A DNA stretch of 64,000 bases from NCBI GenBank assembly GCA_963976765.1, contig CAXBME010000008.1, positions 186,001 to 250,000 on the forward strand. The letters run 5' to 3'. The DNA comes from an uncultured Planctomycetaceae bacterium. GTDB lineage: Bacteria; Planctomycetota; Planctomycetia; Planctomycetales; Planctomycetaceae. A program made the translations under genes and the position numbers. This document shows, piece after piece, positions 41,375 to 50,552 of the stretch. The notes below the pieces were generated by a model, which was given only the letters and a program-made list of their open reading frames with translations, was not told where the DNA came from and did not search any database. Within the stretch, counting starts at the first letter, position 1. Each line of letters begins with the position of its first letter.

Positions 41375-41731
41375 ATGGACCCGAATCAAACTTACCTCGA
41401 CATGCTCGCCGCCCTGCAGGATCAGGAGCTGGAGACGGCACGAACCCTGGCCCTTGCCCTGAAAAGCTGGCTGGCCACAGGTGGCTTCTATCCCGGCCAG
41501 CACCCTGCTGAAACGCTGCATTCATCAATCGAGAACGTCCTCAACCAGACGGCAGGCATCGACGCCGAGCCAGTCTTTTCTTTGATCTGCTGCTATTGCG
41601 ACGCCGGAGCAGACATTCCGACCAGAGAGCAGGCCATCGCCGAAGGCTGGACCGGTATCAAACTGGCACTGGATTTACAGCAGGCCAACTTCTGCGGAAT
41701 CTGTCCCGAGTGCCGGGAACTGGAAGACTGA
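41375..41731 (+). CDS. Hypothetical protein with a C-terminal Zn-ribbon
   Basis: GGAG RBS before ATG 41375 (MDPNQTY...WL..GGF.P); CCYCD and CGICPEC. Confidence 0.7.
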   Translation: MDPNQTYLDMLAALQDQELETARTLALALKSWLATGGFYPGQHPAETLHSSIENVLNQTAGIDAEPVFSLICCYCDAGADIPTREQAIAEGWTGIKLALDLQQANFCGICPECRELED

Positions 41732-41775
41732 GCTTCGTGCATCCCTGCTAACCTGAACCCGGAAAAAAAAGTCGC

Positions 41776-41807
41776 AGCCTCAGAACGGATTCAACCGTTC
41801 TGAGGCT
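41776..41807. terminator. Hairpin between convergent genes
   Basis: AGCCTCAGAACGG-ATTCAA-CCGTTCTGAGGCT, perfect 13-bp stem with an A8 run nearby. Confidence 0.7.
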
Positions 41808-41882
41808 CGTGTTCTGATCAGAATCGTGTGGCATCCCTGCCGTGTTGCGTCTGTCATCCGTGACAGACGCCGCGATGTCCTG

Positions 41883-42191
41883 CTATCCCAGACGCTGAAG
41901 CCAGTACAGCGGACGGCGGCGCGTGTGTGCAACGGCGACCACCACAACCTCATCGGGACGACACAGGAAAATCACGGCATAGGGAAAACGCTGCATCAGA
42001 CAGCGACGCACTTCGTGTGTCCCTGCATAGTATTCCAGCCGGGACATGCTGAGCGGTCGACTGCGGATCGACTCGAACGCGGCCTGCATCTCAGCAAGGA
42101 ACGCGTCGGCCAGACCCGCCTGACGGTCGTCATACCAGAGCGCCGCTGCGATGGCTTCCGCATCAGCGGCGGATAAGACGCGGAAATTCAC
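41883..42191 (-). CDS. RelE/ParE family toxin
   Basis: A.AE...A..WY......L...F, RR....RFPY.VIF, VVAVAH.RR.P.YW. Confidence 0.9.
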   Translation of the reverse strand: MNFRVLSAADAEAIAAALWYDDRQAGLADAFLAEMQAAFESIRSRPLSMSRLEYYAGTHEVRRCLMQRFPYAVIFLCRPDEVVVVAVAHTRRRPLYWLQRLG

Positions 42192-42448
42192 TGCGGATTC
42201 CGCCCGATCCGGTGTTCAGCGATCGCCTGCCGCAGATGATTGACGGCCACATCGAAATCCACGGCGGTTGTCTCGCCGCGATCATAGGCAGCAATCCGCC
42301 GATCGATTTCCTGCGACCATGCTTCGGCCACATCCGGGGATACAATCCCATCCGCCGATAGCTGCTGTTCAACACAATCCGCCACATAAGCCTGATCGGC
42401 CGGCGGGAGTGCCAGTACCTGTTCCAGAACGTCTTCGCGTGACAGCAT
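42188..42448 (-). CDS. Addiction-module antitoxin (TIGR02574-like)
   Basis: LALPP.D, AW..EI.RR...Y..G; 4-nt overlap with the toxin gene. Confidence 0.85.
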   Translation of the reverse strand: MLSREDVLEQVLALPPADQAYVADCVEQQLSADGIVSPDVAEAWSQEIDRRIAAYDRGETTAVDFDVAVNHLRQAIAEHRIGRNPQ

Positions 42449-42540
42449 GATCTGCACCCCGATAAAAGATGAACGTTCCTTAGTTTCGCACGAAACGACC
42501 GGCAGGTCGAGCGGTTTTTCTCCCGCCACTGCCGCCAGCG

Positions 42541-42851
42541 TTACCACTCAATCTCCTCAATGAGGACTCCCTGTCCCTGTGACTCCATGATGGCCGGTTC
42601 ATCAGCTTTCTGCACCCACGGGACGCGATGCTGGCAGATGCCCCGGAACAGCCTCGCTCCGGCCTGCACCTCACCGTTCAGATTTCGTCCGCGAATGGTG
42701 ATCTTCTGCCCGCTGACCGACAGGGTGATGCCCTCGGACGGATCGAACGAAACCCGGTCAATCCACGCATAGCCGACGCCGAGGATGCTGCCATTTTTCT
42801 TACGCAGTTCCAGCGTTAATGCAGGTCGCGAATGCCGCGCAGCCAGCCAAA
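42541..42851 (-). pseudogene. 5'-truncated, frameshifted copy of the gene at 46249-46650
   Basis: 85/92 identical residues over the C-terminal part; one C missing at 42823/42824 (GCAGGTCG vs GCACGGTCG); similarity ends near 42851. Confidence 0.85.
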
Positions 42852-42966
42852 ACCAAAAGACCACACCTTCAATTGATGCGGTCGCCACGTCGTCAGTTCA
42901 CTGAATTAGATGGTTCCAACTGTGTGATACCAGACACCTTCATGGTCAGGACATTGCGATTAGTAG

Positions 42967-43776
42967 CTACGAATCGCTGTCCAGAATCCCGCTCAGTCCA
43001 ACGAAAGCGTCCTTTAGGTGAATCAAGTAATTGCGAAACGCACAGGCAACTTCATCAGGATCGAGAACGCCGCCAACTGCACCCTGATATAGTCCCCAAG
43101 CACGAATTGCATGGAGGAAATGCCCAAGTTCGGTCTCTCCAGCATGAACATGTACATATTCAAGGTCTAGTTCGTTGCCGGTGACGCCTTCGAGTGGACA
43201 CCACCCTTTCATCAATTCGGAACAGATCGTGTATTCGGCGCTATTCCAGTTCTCTGATGCGGCAATTGACAGCATTGCCTCGGGTATTGCGCTGTCGATG
43301 CGGCACAAACGCACGAACTGGCGAAACTCTCGACACTCAGGAACAGCGAAACGATCCAGTCGCCACATATCATCGCCTGTCACGCTTCGTGCAAACCGTT
43401 GGAACAGAATGTCGTGGGCAGTGTCGTCCACGCCGGCATCTTCTGGAATCACTTCCGCGATTTCCGCCGCAGAAGTTGCAAGCAGTATCTGAGTTGCACC
43501 TGCTGATTTGGTTGTTTCTCTCAAGAGCCGAACCAGCAATCCGGCTACGAACAATGCAGATTGGTGCATATCATGCCAGCCTGACATGACTCGCTGAAGC
43601 GTCTCCTGCGGCCAAGCTCGTGACGTGAGCTTCACAAAGAACTGCTCCGCAACTTTAACAGTCTCTGCCCCGCATTCTTCCTCAAACACTTTGCGGATCG
43701 CATCTCGGGTGTCGACATCTGCGATGTGCGATCGAGCTGACTCCAACACAAGACTAATCGTTGATGCAGTCGTCAT
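42967..43776 (-). CDS. Heme-oxygenase-like diiron oxidase/oxygenase (HDO) fold protein
   Basis: Helical protein with EDAG....AH, ASENWN and YVHVHAGETELGH metal-ligand pattern. Confidence 0.65.
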   Translation of the reverse strand: MTTASTISLVLESARSHIADVDTRDAIRKVFEEECGAETVKVAEQFFVKLTSRAWPQETLQRVMSGWHDMHQSALFVAGLLVRLLRETTKSAGATQILLATSAAEIAEVIPEDAGVDDTAHDILFQRFARSVTGDDMWRLDRFAVPECREFRQFVRLCRIDSAIPEAMLSIAASENWNSAEYTICSELMKGWCPLEGVTGNELDLEYVHVHAGETELGHFLHAIRAWGLYQGAVGGVLDPDEVACAFRNYLIHLKDAFVGLSGILDSDS

Positions 43777-44651
43777 GATTGCTCTCCGGCCAGTTCGAGC
43801 GTCATTGCCCAGTACGGCTCCACATCGTCGATCGAAAATAATTGCTTCAGCGCACGCCCCAATGGCTTCTTGATATGTTCATTTTTATGCATAGACCAGT
43901 ATCTGTCCCAGTCATCGACAGTCAGCAGTTCCTTTGCGATACGCATATGGTCTTTTGCTACTGACTCGCGTGTTTGAGCGTCTTCAAGTGGGAATCTGGC
44001 CGCAAACCGAATTCTCCACATCAGATTCTGCAGATCAGTTACTAACTCGCCAATTCCTGCATGCCTCAATAGGCTGCTGTGAAATTCAACCGACAGACAG
44101 AACCACTGTACTCTGTCGTCCAAGTCGTTCGATGCAGCCAGCTTTGCCTGCTGTGCGGCGATTCCGACAAGAGCACCCGATGCTCCTGCACGCATTGAAG
44201 GGTTTACCGCGTGCCTGCGCATGATCGCAATTTTCTCGAAACTCAACCGTTCCTGAAACCGGACTATGACATCTGGTACTTCTAATCTTGGACGCCGAAT
44301 CCCCTGACCGGTCGATTCAAGCGAGCCGCGATTGAGAAACGCCGCAAGCGCTTCCCGCAATGCCGACTCCGTTACTCCACCTTCTTCCTTCAGCTCGGTC
44401 CGAAGGGCGTACTCCGATTGTGGTTCGACTAAGAAATCGACATCCGTCATCAGCAGCTTTCGAAGTTTCCTCTCCGCCCCCTCTTGCGCCGTTACTTTTC
44501 TCGGCCTTTTTGAGGGAGACGTATCGATTTCCTCTGAAGGCGATTTTCCGCTGTCATTGGATTGTGGTGCCTTTGCACGCTTCATTCTCGGGGCTCGCTT
44601 GGAAAGATGATCTCGAATCGAAGTAGCTTCACGATAGACCTTCCGCCTCAT
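43773..44651 (-). CDS. GntR/FCD family transcriptional regulator
   Basis: SEYAL...GVTESALREAL..F...G wHTH; EFHSSL...AG...L and KDHMRI FCD-like; 4-nt overlap with the next gene. Confidence 0.7.
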   Translation of the reverse strand: MRRKVYREATSIRDHLSKRAPRMKRAKAPQSNDSGKSPSEEIDTSPSKRPRKVTAQEGAERKLRKLLMTDVDFLVEPQSEYALRTELKEEGGVTESALREALAAFLNRGSLESTGQGIRRPRLEVPDVIVRFQERLSFEKIAIMRRHAVNPSMRAGASGALVGIAAQQAKLAASNDLDDRVQWFCLSVEFHSSLLRHAGIGELVTDLQNLMWRIRFAARFPLEDAQTRESVAKDHMRIAKELLTVDDWDRYWSMHKNEHIKKPLGRALKQLFSIDDVEPYWAMTLELAGEQS

Positions 44652-44814
44652 TTTCTCAAGAGTCCCAACACTCTATTGCTGGACGATGCCAAAAAATGCC
44701 TATCTGATCAACTTTGGCGTCAATCGGCGACTATAGATCAACATTCTGTTGACTCATTGTTGGAGTTTGGTAGGATCCGAGACAGGCGTCGTTTTCTTTC
44801 CAAGGAGAAGCGTC

Positions 44815-45072
44815 ATGACCGCGACAACTCCGGCACAACTCGGATGGAAGGTAGAGCTCATACAACGAGCCATCGCAGCTCGTGACGCCCTTGATCTACG
44901 TCAAGGACGAACTGACTGCGAGCACAGAAAGGCAGCGTGCAAAAAAATAATATGCGAACTTGCTCGTGTGGAGAGTCACTGTGTGTGCAACGAGCGTGAG
45001 AAGGCCGAAGTTCACTGGCACAACGCGGTCATCCAAGCGCGAACGATGAAATCTATCTATGGCTCTTGGTAG
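44815..45072 (+). CDS. Small Cys-containing hypothetical protein
   Basis: AAGGAG RBS; divergent from the GntR gene. Confidence 0.5.
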   Translation: MTATTPAQLGWKVELIQRAIAARDALDLRQGRTDCEHRKAACKKIICELARVESHCVCNEREKAEVHWHNAVIQARTMKSIYGSW

Positions 45073-45108
45073 GCAACACGCGCGATTCGTCCAGCTTCGA
45101 ATCGTGCG

Positions 45109-45471
45109 TTACCGGCCCCGCCCTTTAGTGTCTCCAAATATCATTTCATCCGTAAACTCCGGATGAAGCTCACGGAGCTTCATCCGCATCAGATGCAAGG
45201 TCTGGCCCATAACAGCTTGACTTGCGGGATCCGTCGGAAGCGGATCATTCATCTCACCTTCGAAACCGCCTGCTGAAATCATCGGCTGAGCCTCGACCTC
45301 CACGATGTCAGCGGCTTCGTCCACAGTCACTTGGCCATCGGCGATGCGTGCGTGCAGAAAGCAAATAAATAGATTGCGTTTCTCAAGGGAAGACATGAAT
45401 CCATGTGTACACATCTGTGAGAATTGGTCAAGTACATTCTGTTGAGCTCGTATCTGTTCGTGCTTTCTCAT
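45109..45471 (-). CDS. Hypothetical protein
   Basis: GAGGA RBS; 120 aa, protein-like composition. Confidence 0.55.
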   Translation of the reverse strand: MRKHEQIRAQQNVLDQFSQMCTHGFMSSLEKRNLFICFLHARIADGQVTVDEAADIVEVEAQPMISAGGFEGEMNDPLPTDPASQAVMGQTLHLMRMKLRELHPEFTDEMIFGDTKGRGR

Positions 45472-45980
45472 AGCAAATCCTCTTCGTCGACCGGATACTT
45501 TCGCGACGTGCGGTTCCTGATGATATCGTAGGGCGTTTCACTGTGAGTAGGCTACATTCGGTATCTCGCAGTACTTGGCACCGTTTCAGGTCGATCGAGC
45601 CAGCTTTCGTGTCTTTTGAAGTCGCTATTCGATGATCATGGATCATGGCGAAATGTGTTGCCGAGCAGGACGCATGAACTCTCAACTGAGATCGGGATAT
45701 CAATCGCATCATCCGCTGAGAGCTGCTTGTGGGAAAACGGTTGTCAAACAGTAATCGAATGGTCGATCTGCACCTGATCGATGGAGGACAGGATGCCAAA
45801 CGCCGATTGTTTTGTTCGTTTTGCCGCCTTGTCATGACTTCTTCCGGCAGCGAGTGTGCTAATGCGTGCATCTATCGAATTGAGTGCTCTGCCTCAAGAG
45901 ATCATTCTTTCGGTGAACCGGCGAAGCGTTGATGTTGTCTAGGATTTGAAGCAAATCTTGCCGAATAACAGGAGTGGCCA

Positions 45981-46199
45981 ATGGGTACATCAGAACCGAA
46001 GGGAAATTGTGTGGACGTCCGATGTCGTCGTTGCAGCGGATCAGGAGAAGTGCTCGGGACATCTTTTGTCTCGCCATCATGCGGATCAAATCCATCTGAA
46101 TTAGTGGAATGTCCTGTCTGCAAAGGAACTGGAAAAACAGCTACTGACATTGAAGTATCCGGTCAGTGCCACATGACTGACTCACGGAATCATTTATGA
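45981..46199 (+). CDS. Small DnaJ-type zinc-finger protein
   Basis: AGGAG RBS; CRRCSGSG and CPVCKGTG (CxxCxGxG x2). Confidence 0.6.
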   Translation: MGTSEPKGNCVDVRCRRCSGSGEVLGTSFVSPSCGSNPSELVECPVCKGTGKTATDIEVSGQCHMTDSRNHL

Positions 46200-46248
46200 C
46201 GAATCCGGTGTTCCAAGTTATGAAGTTCAACTCTCAGTCGTTATCGAA

Positions 46249-46650
46249 TCACCATTCGATCTGCTCGATCAGCACGCCCTGTCCCTGTGACTCCATGATG
46301 GCTGGTTCATCGGCTTCCTGTACCCACGGGACGCGGTGCTGGCAGATGCCGCGAAACAGTCTTGCTTCGCCCTGCACCTCGCCGTTCAGATTCCGTCCGC
46401 GAATGACTATCTTCTGACCGCTGACCGACAGGGTGATGCCCTCCGACGGATCGAACGAGATCCGGTCAATCCATGCGTAACCGACGCCGAGGATGCTGCC
46501 GTCTTTCTTACGCAGTTCCAGAGTCAATGCACGGTCGCGAATGCCGCGCAACCAGCCAAACGCACCGAAATCGTCAGGCACGTCGATCCTGCTGGATTCC
46601 TGATCCACAGTTGGTCTGATTCCGAATCGATCAAGGACACTATCGCTCAT
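46249..46650 (-). CDS. Relaxase-linked conserved hypothetical protein
   Basis: ATG 46650 overlaps the relaxase stop; the paralogous copy differs largely at synonymous sites. Confidence 0.8.
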   Translation of the reverse strand: MSDSVLDRFGIRPTVDQESSRIDVPDDFGAFGWLRGIRDRALTLELRKKDGSILGVGYAWIDRISFDPSEGITLSVSGQKIVIRGRNLNGEVQGEARLFRGICQHRVPWVQEADEPAIMESQGQGVLIEQIEW

Positions 46651-49288
46651 ACGCCAGCTCCCTTTCTCTGGATGCAGCCTTCGGCTCAGGAGCCACACTC
46701 AGCAGTTCCCGCCGTCTGATGGCAGCGGCCTTATCGTGCCAGTGTTGATCGGTCAGCAGTTCGGTGGCGGTTACACGGTCATCCTCATGCTGCACGGCCT
46801 TGAGCAGGTCATTCCTGCTGTCCGTGTAAACCGTGGCTGACTGCTTTCCGCGTGAGACTGACACGTAGAACTGCTCACGCGATGAAGCCGGAAAGCTGTC
46901 GGACGACTGCCCGATCAGCACGCGATCGACGCTGCGGCCCTGACTGGCATGGCTGGTGACGCAGTAGCCGTAAGTCAGGTGACCGTACCCACGGTCAATC
47001 TTCCAGCCGTTTTCCAGCACGATGTTACCCCCGACATCAAATCCGCCAATGCGATGCAGGTCGCCGTTATTGAGGCGATGTTTTCCGTCGAGCGTCTTTC
47101 CATTCCGGGTTACCCGCAGCATGTCGCCGGGAGCGAAGCGAATCTCCGTCGGATGAAAGACCTGAAAGCGTGCGGCCTGATCGGTCGGGAGTGCCTCCTC
47201 ACCGGCCACCACACGCTGGCCTTTCGTGTAACCCTTCGCATTCTGGTGAAAGACCAGCACATCGCCTGGCAGATAGCTGACCGCATCCATCCGCTGAGCC
47301 TGTGTCAGGTTGATGTTTTCCAGCACATGGAAACTCCGTTCGTCCTTCCCCAGACGCTCGGCCTCCCGCAGCCCGGAACGGATCGCCTGTGTGATCCTGT
47401 CACCCTCAAAGTGCATCGGGGACACGACCAGGGTTCTGTCGCCCTGTTCGATCGAGTCGATGTAATCGGCGGCAATCACCCGATAACGCTCAGCCGTGCC
47501 GACTTCACGAATCCAGCCGAGCTGATCAAGCTGCCGGAAACCATCTTCGGTGCGGCCATCGGCCAGAGCCTGCACGGCCTGTTTGTAATTCCCCTTCTGA
47601 CGCTGAATCTCGCGGATGTCCGCCGGCACGAGTCCAGCTTCTTCTTCCAGCAGCCGCAATGCGGCTCCCCGTTCGACCGAGCCGTGCTGCCGCCGGTCGC
47701 CACTGAGCACCACCCGGCAATTGTTTTCAGCAGCCAGATCAAAGAGCTGAGCCATCGTGCGGCTGCCCAGCAGTCCTGCCTCATCGATCCACAGCACCTG
47801 GCCACGAATCTGCTCCTGCAGCTTTGTATCAACCAGCAGCCGCGCCACGGTCTCAGCCCGCTCGAAACCTTCCTGCTGGAGCACATCCCGAGCCGTCGCG
47901 GACGGAGCGAAGGTAAAGACCTGCATTCCGTCAGCTTCAATGCCCTCGACCGCTTCCTGCATCATGGTCGTCTTGCCGACGCCCGCTGCCCCGCGCACCA
48001 GTGTCACCACGTCGCGGGAGTTCCATACATGCTCGACCGCCTTTTGCTGATCGGCATTGAGCCAGCCCCGCTGAATACGCTGTTCCTTCGCGGCGATCCG
48101 GCCCAGCCGTCCCCGGCCTTCACGGGCAAAACGGATCATCTGCCGCTCTTCAGCGATGACGGCTGAGGTGGTGACCATGTCTCGACCGCCGCGTTTCGCA
48201 CGAATGACATCCGCTTCCCGCCAGGCATTCTCTACTGATTCTACCGAACTGCTGCCCACCGCCTGCTTCAGTGCATGAGCCAGAACTTCGCGTTCCGCAG
48301 CGACGGATTTCCGCTCGAAGACATGATCCAGTGACAACGCTACAGCCGTCTTCGCGACATCGGGATCCTCATCGGGATCCTCATCGGGTCCACGATCTCC
48401 CATCTGGTCGAAGATCGATTTTACGGCCTGCTGTTCATCATTCGACAGTCGCGATCGCCACTCCAGAGCCAGTTCTGGCAGCGTGAGTTCCTTCTGCTTG
48501 CGGTCCCGTGTCCGTGCTCCCAGTTCGGCCTTCAATTTCGGATCAGACACGCCACGACGTTCAGCTTCTTCCTCGATCATCAGTGTTCGACGGGAGAAGC
48601 GATCCGTGACAGCACGGTCAACGCCGGCCAGCTCCCAGCCGGTACGTGTCCGCTCAACGGGCAGCCCCAGCTCGACCAGTCGCCGGGCCAGCCTCGCATG
48701 AAATTTGGCCTCAAAATATGAAGCATCACGCTTCAAGTCTCCGATCTGACCGGCTTTCCACGCCGCCTCTTCCGCATCCCATGTCGCGTTGAACACGAAG
48801 CAGTGAGCATGCAGGTGCGGATCCGGGATGCCATTAACTGGCCGGGCGGTGAAATGAATGAACTCGCCAAACACCATGTTGCCCGTCGTGCGGTCTTCAT
48901 TCCTGCCGGATTTCCGCACGCGGGTTTTCATCTCCGCTTCCATGTCCCGCATGGTTTCCGCCACGGACTGCTGGAAGGCATCCAGCAGCCGCTCATCACG
49001 CGTGAGGCCATACAGCAGCGACACACTCTTCGGCACATGAAAGTTGAAGTCATAGCCGACACGCCGTTCTGCTTTGCGGCGCAAGGTCAGCGGGGCTCCG
49101 GTTTCCGGTATCCGGTTGTCACACAAGGCATCCCAGTCGGCCTGTCGAATCCCGCCTTCCAGTCCAAGCCGCTTTGCCCCCTCACCTCGCCAGATGCCGG
49201 TCAGCTCCTGACCCTCGCTGTAATAGTCCGCCGTACTGTAATACGACTTCGCGCCGGCTGGCGATGTATTCTGAACGATGCGCAGCAT
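46640..49288 (-). CDS. mobF: MobF (TrwC/TraI) relaxase-helicase
   Basis: AKSYY..ADYY, GYDFNFHVPKSVS, H.TARP...PDPHLHAH, GAAGVGKT, WIDEAG, GDRRQHGSV, Y.VTSHASQG.SVD, FYVSVSRG. Confidence 0.97.
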   Translation of the reverse strand: MLRIVQNTSPAGAKSYYSTADYYSEGQELTGIWRGEGAKRLGLEGGIRQADWDALCDNRIPETGAPLTLRRKAERRVGYDFNFHVPKSVSLLYGLTRDERLLDAFQQSVAETMRDMEAEMKTRVRKSGRNEDRTTGNMVFGEFIHFTARPVNGIPDPHLHAHCFVFNATWDAEEAAWKAGQIGDLKRDASYFEAKFHARLARRLVELGLPVERTRTGWELAGVDRAVTDRFSRRTLMIEEEAERRGVSDPKLKAELGARTRDRKQKELTLPELALEWRSRLSNDEQQAVKSIFDQMGDRGPDEDPDEDPDVAKTAVALSLDHVFERKSVAAEREVLAHALKQAVGSSSVESVENAWREADVIRAKRGGRDMVTTSAVIAEERQMIRFAREGRGRLGRIAAKEQRIQRGWLNADQQKAVEHVWNSRDVVTLVRGAAGVGKTTMMQEAVEGIEADGMQVFTFAPSATARDVLQQEGFERAETVARLLVDTKLQEQIRGQVLWIDEAGLLGSRTMAQLFDLAAENNCRVVLSGDRRQHGSVERGAALRLLEEEAGLVPADIREIQRQKGNYKQAVQALADGRTEDGFRQLDQLGWIREVGTAERYRVIAADYIDSIEQGDRTLVVSPMHFEGDRITQAIRSGLREAERLGKDERSFHVLENINLTQAQRMDAVSYLPGDVLVFHQNAKGYTKGQRVVAGEEALPTDQAARFQVFHPTEIRFAPGDMLRVTRNGKTLDGKHRLNNGDLHRIGGFDVGGNIVLENGWKIDRGYGHLTYGYCVTSHASQGRSVDRVLIGQSSDSFPASSREQFYVSVSRGKQSATVYTDSRNDLLKAVQHEDDRVTATELLTDQHWHDKAAAIRRRELLSVAPEPKAASRERELAYER

Positions 49289-49645
49289 GGTGCATTATAT
49301 CCTGCAAGCAGCTACTCAATGGTTAATACGATGTCGCCGACGAGTACCATTACAGGACGTCGACAGACGCCCCGCTTTCCCGCAGAAACCGCATTGAAAT
49401 CAGCAGCTCAGGCAGTGTGATGCCCGGCAGCAGCGGCTGACGTTTCGCTCTCGCCTGGTGTCGCTGTATTCCGGATACGCGGGAAACGGCTGAGTTTCAT
49501 TACGGATTCACACCGGACCTGCCACATTGCTGGAAATTGTCTTCGGAGGTGTTGGTATCAAGCGGGTGAATTCTCCCATTCGGTTCGTTCCTGTCTGCGA
49601 ACACGGCCTGTATTGCTGGCAACCTAAATCCGCCGCCGGGCCGCT

Positions 49646-49775
49646 CAAGCAGAAAATCGGCTCCCCCTGAAGGTCGCCCCCAATTTTCTGCTTGCCCGGA
49701 GAGCAGAGCCCCGGCTCAGGCGGCTTTTGATCGGTTTGCCAGAAGGCCGCGATGGTCGCAGCCGGAACGACGAAA
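49646..49775 (+). promoter_or_regulatory. Structured leader upstream of the small-gene cassette
   Basis: Perfect 12-bp IR CAAGCAGAAAAT (49646-49657) / ATTTTCTGCTTG (49683-49694); second hairpin GCGGCTTTTG...CAGAAGGCCGC. Confidence 0.5.
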
Positions 49776-49791
49776 CAAAGGAGAATTTACG

Positions 49792-49995
49792 ATGTCTGAT
49801 AACAACAACAGTTCGAGCAGATCCCCCAGTCATGTCGCCTATCAGGTGCGTGATCGCGAGGGGAAAAAAGGATTCTGGACGCGTATCGGCAGTGTCTGGG
49901 CACACGCTGACGGCAAAGGCTTCAACGTCCAGCTCGAATGCGTGCCACTCGATGGACGCATCACCCTGCGACTGGCCACCGAGAGCAACGAATAG
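49792..49995 (+). CDS. Small hypothetical protein (DUF736-like)
   Basis: AAGGAG RBS; FWTRIGSVW.H.DGKGFNVQL. Confidence 0.75.
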   Translation: MSDNNNSSSRSPSHVAYQVRDREGKKGFWTRIGSVWAHADGKGFNVQLECVPLDGRITLRLATESNE

Positions 49996-50052
49996 CGTTT
50001 TCACTGGGCGGGCGGCAACGCCCGCCCCACAACCAGAGAAAGGACTCTCATC

Positions 50053-50319
50053 ATGAAACTTGAAATTGAAACCATTGCCCGCCATCGCAACGGCATCTGT
50101 GGCGCACCGTTCCACGTCCTGCTGTTTTCCGACATCGGACTGCATCACACTCGTAAGCTCGCCATCGTGTTTGACGCTCCGCACCACGTCGCCGTTCTCG
50201 ACGTCGCCAGACTCTCCCGAGGAGACATCGCGTTCGTCACCAACTCGTGGCGGGGAGACGTCTACGAGCCACACCTGCGAAAAGCCATTGATGCCTCTGA
50301 GCAGGAGTGTCTGCCATGA
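50053..50319 (+). CDS. Hypothetical protein
   Basis: AAGGA RBS; HRNGICGAPF...NSWRGD; coupled to the next gene. Confidence 0.75.
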   Translation: MKLEIETIARHRNGICGAPFHVLLFSDIGLHHTRKLAIVFDAPHHVAVLDVARLSRGDIAFVTNSWRGDVYEPHLRKAIDASEQECLP

Positions 50320-50552
50320 ACAGCACTCCCGACATGAACAATGCTCTGCGGGCAGCCCGAGCAGAACGTGCCCTGTCCAGATATCAGACAGACAGTGACC
50401 TCCAGACCTGCCTTGTGGATCTGCTCGCCGACGCCATGCACTGGTGCGACTACTGCGGCGCGGACTTCCATCTGAGCCTTGCCCAGGCGTGCCGCCACTA
50501 CATCCACGAACTGAACGATCAACAACACGATGAAAGGAGAATCATCCCATGA
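50316..50552 (+). CDS. Hypothetical helical protein
   Basis: AGGAG RBS, ATGA overlaps at both ends; DLLADAMHWCD. Confidence 0.75.
   Translation: MNSTPDMNNALRAARAERALSRYQTDSDLQTCLVDLLADAMHWCDYCGADFHLSLAQACRHYIHELNDQQHDERRIIP

Noticed and set aside
42541..42888. 115-aa ORF as an intact gene
   Set aside because: Its N-terminus is a frameshift artefact; it is a truncated copy of 46249-46650.
48362..48388. 12-bp tandem duplication (DEDPDEDPD) in the relaxase
   Set aside because: In-frame linker slippage with no evident functional meaning.
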